Shown: piece after piece, positions 50,249 to 60,900 of the stretch
Layout: every line of letters starts with the position of its first letter
How positions within the stretch are numbered: the stretch's first letter is position 1
Assembly (NCBI GenBank): GCA_001643675.2
Contig: LSRY02000005.1
Location: 744,001-808,000 of the forward strand
Source of the DNA: Monocercomonoides exilis PA203
Lineage: Eukaryota > Protista > Preaxostyla
Length of the DNA stretch: 64,000 nucleotides
Direction of reading: 5' to 3'
Translations under genes and position numbers: made by a program
Notes under the pieces: model-generated
The model's database searches: none
Seen by the model: only the letters and a program-made list of their open reading frames with translations
What the model was told of the DNA's origin: nothing

Positions 50249-50592
50249 TTTTTAATAATTAAAATAATAATTATCACCCACGAAAACAGTTGTGAATTTT
50301 TGAATAATCACCCATCTGCAAAATTTTGCAAAAAAATTTGAAGTTCAAAACAAATAAGACAATTTGAAAAATATTATTAATCAACTGTTATTGTTGAAAC
50401 GTACGTATTTACGAAACTCAGATTGAAGCAATACCGGGAAATACTCCTTGTCAACAATTAATATTCAAATTGAAAATAGTGGTGATATCTTTCGTTTTAA
50501 TTCACAAATAATTTCTGAATAGAGTCAACTTTTTAATGGGACATTTTTCCTTATTGGCACATTTTTGTTTTTGCTTGCCAAATGTAAAAAAG

Positions 50593-51725
50593 CGCTGTAT
50601 GACTTTCGGTACTTCATAAATCCTTTTTAACGAGTTTTATTCTTTTTATTTACTATCATATTATTTATTTTTGTTTTTCACACATCGAGAAATTACGTTT
50701 TTTTGCTTAATTAAATGGGACTTTTTCCAGCCAACCAGGCAACTCACAAGAATTTGATGAGTTGTTTTGAATAGCATAAACTATTATCAAACTATTTTTA
50801 AATCCTTTTTTTTCACAAACACTTTTTTCTTGTTTTTTTCACATTTCATTTGATATAACAACATGCAAGAACAAAACCGATTATTTCTTTATTAATATAA
50901 TGAAATGACATAAATAAAAATATGAAATAAAAACAAATACTTTAATAATAAAGTGTTGCAAAAATAAAAAATTGCAATTATCTATTTATCTTTTGGAGTC
51001 AAATGGCGCTAACTTTAATGATCAATGATCATGCTTTTGTGACAAAGTTAAATTCTTGACAAAAAAAAATTGTGGCAAAATATTGAGCTTCAGGCATTTT
51101 CATTTAAAAATTATGAACTTTTCATTGACTTTTTGAGATTAAAAAATTCAATAAAAATGAATCCATTTTTTGGCATTCGTGAAATGTCACAAAATTTTAT
51201 GTTTCTATTTCAACGATGCCTGTTTTCTGAAATGAAAATCAAATTTATTTTGAAATCTGGTTAAGTTTAAAAATGTTATGAGTGAAGCAATTTTTCAATT
51301 ACTTGTGCAAAAAAAGCTTGAAAGTCCGTATTTTCCCCCAATTAATGATATATTTTTATTACACTTCATTATAAAAGTATTTGTTTTTCATATTATATTT
51401 TTATTTATGTCATTTCATTATATTAATAAAGAAATAATCGGTTTTGTTCTTGCATGTTGTTATATCAAATGAAATGTGAAAAAAACAAGAAAAAAGTGTT
51501 TGTGAAAAAAAAGGATTTAAAAATAGTTTGATAATAGTTTATGCTATTCAAAACAACTCATCAAATTCTTGTGAGTTGCCTGGTTGGCTGGAAAAAGTCC
51601 CATTTAATTAAGCAAAAAAACGTAATTTCTCGATGTGTGAAAAACAAAAATAAATAATATGATAGTAAATAAAAAGAATAAAACTCGTTAAAAAGGATTT
51701 ATGAAGTACCGAAAGTCATACAGCG
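50593..51725. repeat. Long inverted repeat, arms 50593-50923 and 51395-51725 (331 bp each, apparently identical), ~470-bp spacer
   Basis: cgctgtatgactttcggtacttc...gacataaataaaaatat is the reverse complement of atatttttatttatgtc...gaagtaccgaaagtcatacagcg; ~40 bp of further imperfect similarity inward. Confidence 0.95.
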
Positions 51726-52270
51726 TTATTCATCGAATAAAAATTTTTGTTTCATACGATTCTTCCAAAAATGTTTATTAATTTTCATCATTTATCAAAT
51801 TATTTTTCACCTGAGAATGAAAGACTGATGATTATTTAGTGGAAGATAAAGTTTGAAACAAATTGTTGTGATTATTCATAAATGCAAGAATAAAACACGT
51901 TTTTTGCTTGATAATAAAACGCATTCGGTTTTTCAAAATAAAAATTGATTCAAATAATCCATATTATTGATTAAAAAAATTACGGAGATAATTTAACCTT
52001 TATTTAAAAACCTACTTTTCTTTCTATTTCTTTTTTTTGAAATAAAAGTGGATAATGAATAGAAAAAATAGTGCAAAGTTATAATTATTTATCGAGTTGT
52101 TATCAAACAAATATCTAATCGATGAAATGTTTGCAAAGGAGTTTCTTTTATTGAAACATCACGAATGCATTGAATGAGTTTTGATAGCTCTTTTATCTTA
52201 TTTTTTTGTAATTCATTTGACAATGATAATGAGAATTAAAAGTTGTTCAAAAAAATGAAATTGCTATCTA

Positions 52271-54276
52271 GGGTTATAATTTTATCTCGACCTTTTTTTT
52301 ATCTTGACCTTTTTTTTTAATAAATCATTAACTTTTCCCACAATTTCATATTTTTAAAGATTTTTAAGTATATATATGAATTCAATAGATTAAAATAAAT
52401 ACATTTTGAAACAAACCCAATTTCGCATGGGGGGGAGATGGGGGGGTTTAGCCCCTTCATTGAACTTCTGTGTGGAATTGGAGGGTTACATGGGGCATAA
52501 AACCTTTAGTTTGTTAAAAATGTTATTTTTCGATTTTTTTTTCATTTCATTTCAATTAAAAAAATAAAAAATTATTATGATCTTAAAAATATTATTAAAA
52601 AAATGAAAATATCAACAGAAATAAAATTAAAAGAAGGAAAGAAAAAACTGCAGCGCGCAATGTCATCACGCAAGTATAGAAAATACAACAGTCGGCTGGA
52701 GCGAATGGCTCACATCGTTGTTGATGGAGTTGTTCGCATGACGGATGCAATAAATTCAAAGGAATTCAGCCGCACAGGTATCAAAAATGCTGTGAGAGCT
52801 CTAAGAAAAGGAAGGCTGGTTGGAAAAGTTGGCAGGCCTGCAGCAGTGGTGGGCGAAAAGGAACAAAGAGTTATGGATATTATTCACATTGAAGCAAAGT
52901 CTGGAACATGTTTAACTTTGAAAAAAACAAGAGAATTGGTTTGTTTAATTTTTATTTATATGTTTTAATCATTTGTTTTTCAGATAGAAAATGTTATAAA
53001 CGACAACGATGATGAAGACGCACCATTTACTGAAGTTTCAATGTCTGCAACTTACGGCTTTGTCAAGCGTCATCCGGAGCTGAAGACTGGAACACCGAAG
53101 AATTTGGACATCAACAGACTGGCTGTTTCGTGCAGAAGTGTTTTAAAACCCTGGTTCAAAACACTCGACGAGCTGCACGAAAAATACAATTACAATCCAG
53201 CTTTAATTATAAACATTGACGAATCTTCAACGCGCGTTCCCACAGACTCCAAACAGCTTGTTGTGCATACAACAGACACAAAAGCAGGTTTTACGAAAGA
53301 ACCACCAAGAATGATTAATTCTACATTCGTGGCAGCTGTTGCAGCGGACGGATATGCCTTTCCTTCAGTCATTTTGTGGCCAAGTGCAAAGCTGCCAGAA
53401 GAGCTGAAAAGCCTGTTATCTCCAACGCTTGAGATATGGGCAAATGGAAGCGGCTGGATGGACAACGAGTGCTTTAAAAGGTATGCTCTCACCGTTCTTC
53501 TGCCTTCCATCATCGAAAGAAGAAAGCGCATGTCACTTGAAAACGAACACATTCTTCTCCTTCTTGATTCGCATGCATCTCGCGCAGATCCATCGATCTG
53601 GCGAGAATTCCAAAAACAACAAGTCGACGTTTTAACCTTCGTGCCACACAGCACACACCTATGTCAACCACTGGACAGAGGAGTGTTTGCTGTATTCAAA
53701 TCTGAACTGACAAACAGATTTGAGGCTCCATCTTCTTCTTCATCTTCCTCCAAACGAGCTGCAATTTCCGACGTTCTGCCTCAAGCCATCCACACTGCAT
53801 TGTCTCCTTCTGTAATTCAGAAAGCTTTTGTCTGCAGTGGTGTTCTTCACAATTCTTCTGGGCCAGTTCTTTTGAAACTGCCCGAATCTTCAATTTACCC
53901 TCTTCCATCCCGAAGAAACAGATTCAACTTTTATGGAAAAGTGATAACCGACGAAATTCTTTTAGAGAAATGGGAAAATCATTTGAAAATGAATATTGAA
54001 AGGAAAAATGAAATGGATGAAAAGGAGAAAGATGAAGTGAAAACTGTTGTGGATGAAAAGAAAAAAATAAAAAGAAGATTTTTTCATGTGAAAAACGATG
54101 ATTCTGATGAAGAAAAGAAAGATAATGCATTAAATCGAGGTGAAGGAAAAAGGAAAGTTATTAGAAGAATTAATTCTGATTTTGTTTTCTTTTAATCATG
54201 TTGTTTTTTTGAATTTTTTTCACTTCATTTTTTTGGGTCAGAATAAAGAAAAAGGGTTAAGATAAAATAATAACCC
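52271..54276 (+). mobile_element. pogo/Fot-like (DDxD, Tc1-mariner-related) DNA transposon, ~2.0 kb, imperfect ~40-bp TIRs, TA target-site duplication
   Basis: Left TA|GGGTTATAATTTTATCTCGACC..TTATCTTGACC; right end reverse complement TA|GGGTTATTATTTTATCTTAACC..TTATTCTGACC; encloses the DDE_1 transposase gene. Confidence 0.9.
52603..54195 (+). CDS. DD35D pogo/Fot-like transposase, ~515 aa, two exons (52603-52938, 52984-54195)
   Basis: A 45-nt gtttgt...cag phase-0 intron joins the two ORFs in frame; GRP motif, INIDES, GWMD, LLLLDSH, FVPHSTHLCQPLDRGVFAVFKS; 35 residues between the second and third Asp. Confidence 0.92.
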
Positions 54277-54944
54277 TATAATTTTAATCAATTATTCAAT
54301 TCTTCAATTGAAAAAAGAAAAGAAAAAGAAATGGTTTGTAGAGTTTTTCTCTTACAATAAATTCATCAAAAATGCATTATAAATAGGAATAACAAAGCTG
54401 ACAAGATCGAAACTTAAAGTCATAAATAAAAATATCATATTTGGAACTAATTGTTCAATTTCGATTGAATATGAATACAAAGATAAATATTGAAATAACT
54501 AAAACACATAAAAAAACGTGACTAGATAAGATAAGAAAAGTTGTTGAAAAAATAAAAAAAAGAAGCTTTGAAAGGAGAGACAATTCTGAAAATGAATTTT
54601 TTAACGTGTAATTCTTTCAAAATTTAGAATCATAAAGAAAGAAATCGAATATTTGGTGTTCGAAAAACAAAAAATTGAAATACATAGTCAGCGCATGATT
54701 GTAAAATTGCAAACGAACAGGGAAACTGGCATTGCACCGCAAATCTCCCAAAATTTGCAATCAAAATATTGATCAACAAGCAAATAACAAACAGAGGCCT
54801 ATAAAGTTTCAAATTGTCAGAATTTTCAAAAAATAAAAAACGAAAAAAAGTCAGAAATCAAATCGACAAAAATTCTCTTTCTTACTCAAACAAATGCATC
54901 TGAACAAAAAGGATGCACAATCAGTTCCATCGTCATTGTCATCA

Positions 54945-57900
54945 TCAGGACAAAATGTTTTCCACATTTTCGCTTCCATTTCCAATGCAAGACGAACCAC
55001 CTTCTTCGTTCCCATTTGAAGCATATTGAAGATCTATTGCATCTGAAACTGTCAGAATAGCTGCTCCTGGTGGAAAACGCCCAATAAGATAGCGCTTCAT
55101 ATCGGTGAGGCTCGGACGCTGCGATGAGTGGGACGAAATTGAGGCAGAGATCAACTGAGCGAAGAAGGGAGATGATGCATTAATTCCATCAAGATTTGGA
55201 GTTTCTCCTCGTTGAATCTTCTGCCCAGCAATTTCTGCTTCATATTCTCCAAACGGTATCTGGAGCGTCAGACACTCCCACAGCATCATCCCAATCGAGA
55301 AGACAACCGACTCCTTCGTTGCCCCCATCTTCTTGTTCATCAGCAACTCGGGCGCCTTCCATCTCATGCATTCTTTTTTGTAATAATCTTCATCCTCAAA
55401 TGCTGATGAAGGAAGAGAGTCATCCTCCTCCCCCTTATCATCATCACTTGCTGATGTCACAACTGTTGATGAAGAGATGGAGGATGAATCCGAATCATCA
55501 GAAGAAAGGAAGTCAGAATGCATCACAACGCAGATCACCATATGTTCTGAGAATAAAACAATGTGTGAGCTGAGATTGGTCAAAGACGGAAGTGGGTTGT
55601 CCATTTCATCAAATGAATGAAGAGCTCCATTCGCAACCCAGAACAAGATTTGGGCAGCTGTCTGCTCCCTCTCTTTCAATGAGCCAATCGCCATCTCTTT
55701 CTTCTCGTTCCTCCCATGCAACAACATGAACAGCGAATCCCTCAGATCCACAATCAGCTTCTCGTGTGGAGACGAGCAGGCCATTGCATCTACCAGATTC
55801 GACATGGATGAGGTGGTTGGACACATACTCTCTGGTCGGATAAAAGTTGAATCAGAATCTGTTGTTGAAGTGGATGAGATGGAAGGTGAAGGTATTCTTT
55901 TCCTTGTCTCTTCTTCTTCAACCTTTTCCAATGCCCATTTAGGAATCTTGTCTGAATCTTTCCCCAGAATGTATTCAGTGGAACCACTCTCAGATAGAAG
56001 ATGCTCTTCAGATTCCGAATGCACCATTGCCTTCTCATACACCCTCTTCTTTATCTTCTCTTCGTTTTTCTTCTCTGCTTCCTTCTCTGTTCTCCTCCAC
56101 TGCTCCTCGGGAGACATCTCCATCGTTACCATCTCAAATGCCTTAGGATCCTTCCTCACTGTGTCTTCCACAATGATTTCCAATTCCTCTGTTCTTCTCT
56201 TTTGCTTTCTCCATCGAACTGCCAAAACAACAGACACAATAAGCACAATCATGAGAATGATTGCCATGATGATCACAATGATCAGCCAAAATGATTTTTG
56301 TTCTTTTCCTCCTTCAACATTTCTTTCATCTCCTTTTGGTGGAGTGATGCTCGCATTCTTCAAAATGAATGACTGTGTTAAAGATGGAGATTCTGCGTTT
56401 CCAAACAAAACATGCACACTCACCTCGATTTCATCTCCACAGCTGCTGATGAGATCTTTTCCCACACTTCCTTCTGCTTCTCTTTCCGATAAGAATCCAT
56501 TTGAATCAAAATCATGTTTTTCAATCTCTTTCTCTTCTCCTTTCCTCTTCACAACTGAGAATGACAGATTGCATGGAACAAGAAGTATCCCTTTGAATGT
56601 CAGCTTCATTCTGTCTGTCTCTTCTTTTGCTTCCACACTCTCCAGAACAGGAATGAAGAATGATGAATCCCTTTCTGAAACAATCCCTTCAAAACTGCAC
56701 CCTTCATTCAACATCCACAATGACGAATTATCCTTCACTCCATCTCCTCCTTTCAAACTCATCACATTCAATGTTCCAGAATCAGAACAAATGATGTTTC
56801 TTCTCAGTGATGAATATCCATCGATTGAGGGATTATTGTTCTCAAATAACCCCATCTCAATTATCACATTTCCTCCGCTCATTGTTATTCCACCTTCAGC
56901 TGAATTTGAGATTGTTGTATCTTTCGTCAAAACAGAACTCTTCACAACATTCACAACAGATCCAGACCATCTGCACATCTCTTCTTCTGCATTCAAATAT
57001 TGTTCATTTCTTTCCTTTGAACTTCCATCAAATATGCAACTGTCCATTTTCACATCCAAACAATCCTCTAATTTCATCAATTTCCCTTTTGTGATCTTTG
57101 AACCGACCCCACCCATTGTGCAATTTGTCAATTGAATTGTCTTTTTCATTGAAAAGCATGATATCAATGATTCTTCATTTCCTTTAACTGTGATATTTTC
57201 TGTATTAATATTGATAAGTTCCAATCGACCACATTCATTAATATCTATCAGAGAAGTTTTAATTATTGAATTGCAGATCTCAAACAAATAAATCACTGAT
57301 GGAAGTGATGACGATAGATACATTGAAGATTTTTGAAGAATGAGATTTTTCACTTTGCATTCCATGAGTTGTAATTCTCCTTTTTCCATGTTTATTATGT
57401 GAAATGGTATGTTTGCAAATTCAACATTTCTTCCATCCTCCGATAGTTTTGAACTATATGTGCAATTCATTATCTCAAGAATTCCGCCTTCTGGAGATAT
57501 CAGTGATCCATGTTGAGAAATGAAATTTGAATCAAACACAAAGTTCACCCTCAACAATGAGACTGTTCCACATGTTGTGATCAAAGCATCTCTTGTTTTT
57601 TCAATGCTTGATTTCACTTCAACTTTGCACAAGCCTCTGCTCTTCGAACTCAAACTCATCTCTTTCAGATCCAATTCGCCTCTAATTTCACTCTCCTCAA
57701 CAATGAACATCAGACTTATGAAATCTGAAGTCAGATGCACCAGCCCATAATCAATTGAATGACACGGAAGTGCACTTGTACCACATTGCTTTTCATTTGA
57801 TCCATTCACGCTGCTCACAATGATTGTATCGCTCTGATGGACAGTCACAAATCCAATTAGATCTATGTCATTTGGATAATCACACTCATCTTTCCCATAT

Positions 57901-60900
57901 ATCGCATTAATTCGTGAGTAATGATTCTCTCGAAGATCAAACTGAAATTGACTTTCATTGATCTGCGATGTGATGTTGAAACATTCAATATAAATATCAT
58001 TCCCCACTCTTGCTGTGTTTGAACTGAATTTCATCCCCATAAATGTGAAATTCAAATCTCCTCTTTCTTTTGTTGCCAAATACACCCCTCCTCCTTTCCC
58101 ATTGATGCAACTGCAATGACTGATTTTTGAGTCAACCATCTTCATCGATCCTGAAGCACCCAATGTGAAGAATATTGCTCCTCCTTTTTCACTTGTTTCT
58201 GCTTTGCCTTCAGTTATGCTGCTCTCATTAACAGCCATACAAATCTTATTCTCACTCTTTGACTCCAAAATGCTCGCTCCATTGTCACTTCTCTTCACAC
58301 CAGAAAAAGATGATTTGTCAATTTGAAGGTTTATCCCTCCTTCACCTCCTTCATTTATCTTCAACCCTGCTTCAGATTTCTTGATTGATAAAATGCATCC
58401 TCCACTTTCATTCAACGATTCCACGCTGACATTCATCAAATTGCAAGTAATTCCAGAATCATGAATGACAAAAATACTGTTTCCAACATTGCATGATTCA
58501 ATCGACAAATCTTTCACTTCCACACTTCCTCCAATCGCATCCACAAATACACAATCAAATCCATTGTTCACTCCTGCTTCTGAATGGAAGGAACATCCAG
58601 TTATCACCAACTCACCAGCTGTATTTGAAATTATCGTTTTTGCTGAGTTGTCAAATCCAGATGCCAGTTGAAGTTGGATATTTGTCAATTCAAGATGTTC
58701 ATCATTTCCCATGAAATATTCCAGTTGATTTACAATTGCCTTTTCAAAATTTAATGTCGCTTTCACATTCTCTTCTCCCATTTTTGCACCCTTTTTGATC
58801 TGATAATTGGACATATTGAAAGAATCTTGAATGAATGTTGATCCTTCAATCTGAATTGTTTTCTTTTTTTCTCCATCCTTCATGTTCATCATCCCTTTCC
58901 ACATCGTGAAGCATGGCTCTTCCTCACTTCCACAACGCGCCACATCAAATCCTTCTGATGAGATAAATATCTCAAATGAGCTGAATGGAACCAAAAACAT
59001 AAACAAATCCTTTTCTTGATGATTATTATCATTCCCAACAAACAAAGTTTTATCATCCTTCATTGATGGATAATCAAACTTGAATGAGTCATTTGTCACA
59101 GAACTATTCAAATCCTTTCCCAAAATGAACATATTCTTTCCAATGGCCGCATTGTTATTCACAAAAGTAATTCCTGCATCAAAAACAAATGGCTTTTCAT
59201 TCAAGCAATTCTGACAATCCAAATACAAGAATCCTCCTTTTCCATTGTTCTTTAAAAGTGAACAAGACGACACATTTGTTGATTTCATCACCAATTCTTC
59301 TTCATTTTTTAATGTAACTTTCGCAACGCCACCTTCATCGCTTCCAGTGTTCGTTATGTTTGAAAAGTTGCTGTTTTCAAACAAAACAGAAGAAGCCATC
59401 ACCAGTGGTGAAATAGTAAATGAAGAATCTACCAAACTACATCCTTTCAATATGCAACTTCCACTGGTTGTGGCTATCAACGAGTATTGAACAGCTTTCA
59501 ATGATTTGATATCAAATAAACAGTTTTCGAGTTGAAGAACTCCACTCGATGAGATCAATGAATCCATATTTGGATCAAATTGATTTGGAATCTGCAACAT
59601 TAAAGATAACAAAATGAGCAAGTTGTTTGATGAAATAACAGATGTTGATGATTCAGAAACCCCATTGATTTTTTCATTAAATTGAACAGTCTTATATTGT
59701 TCTTCATCTCCCTTATTCACAAATCCTTCAATCACAAGTGCATCTGTGAGGTGATAAATATCTTCCATTGCCCCTTCATCCCTAACTTTCACTGTCCTTT
59801 CTCCTTCTGTCTCACTTCTGTCAACGTGATTAATTCCACTTTTCATCGATTGACATGGGAATATTTCACTTCCACAACCCAATGTGTCATGCCCATCTGT
59901 AGACACAGATACCTCCACCCATTTCAGAGAAACAAGAAACACTCGAAGATCCATTTCTCCATATTTCTCATCTTCTCCAATAAATGCATTCCCATCATCC
60001 ACGTAATCTGAGCAATCAAATGCAAACCGCTCAATATTCACACTATTCACCAGTTTCCCACTCTTCACAAACATGTTCTTCCCAATTGTTGCCCTGCATC
60101 CAGAAAACGATATCGATGAAAGCTGAAACCCTCCTTCATTCAAACCGCAATCCAGATATATCCCTCCACCTCTTCCTCCGAAACTTGCATCCTCGCTCAC
60201 ACAACAGCTGGAGAAAGTGGAATCACACACTGAAAACGAATTGGCAAAGGCAGAAGAAGCGAATGAGATGCACCCGCCATCTGTGGCAGTCTGTTGGCTC
60301 AACTGTTCTGAGTTGATGTTGGTGATAGTGCAGTTGGTGAGGGAGAGGGAGAGGACAGGGGAGGTGGCAGAGGAGAGGACACAGCTGGTGGGAGTGGCAG
60401 TGGAGGTGATGTGGGTGATGTTGGAGGAGTTGAGGGTGAGGGGTGCTGTGAGGGAGGTGAGGTGGAAGATGCTTTGACTGTTGAGGGCGAGACTGGTGAT
60501 TGCTGTGTGGTTGAGGGCGAGGGAGCCAGCAGTGAGGAAGAAGAGGGGTGTGGTGATTGATGATGAAGATGGGGTTGTTCCAGTGATGGTGGTTGTGTTA
60601 AGGTTGAGGGAAGGGGAGTTATTGGAGAGGTGAAAGAGGATGGGGGCGATGGGATTTGTGGAGTTGTGGGAGATGGTGAGGGCAGAGACTGTGAGAGTGC
60701 CTTGTGTTTGTTGGAAGAGAGCAGAAGAAGCAGACGGATCTGGTGAAGAGGAGGAAAATGAAGAGGATGGCTGAGGAATACCACTGGAGGCGATGGTTGT
60801 TGTGGATATTCCATTTCCAGTGATTTTTGTATTTGGGGCACGGAAGGTTAGTGTTTGAGCAGGAGCAAAAGTGGAGATGAGGAGAGTGAGGAAGGCATCA

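Noticed and set aside
55726-57135. 469-aa plus-strand ORF
   Set aside because: Antisense shadow of the receptor gene, Ser/Phe-rich with no motifs.
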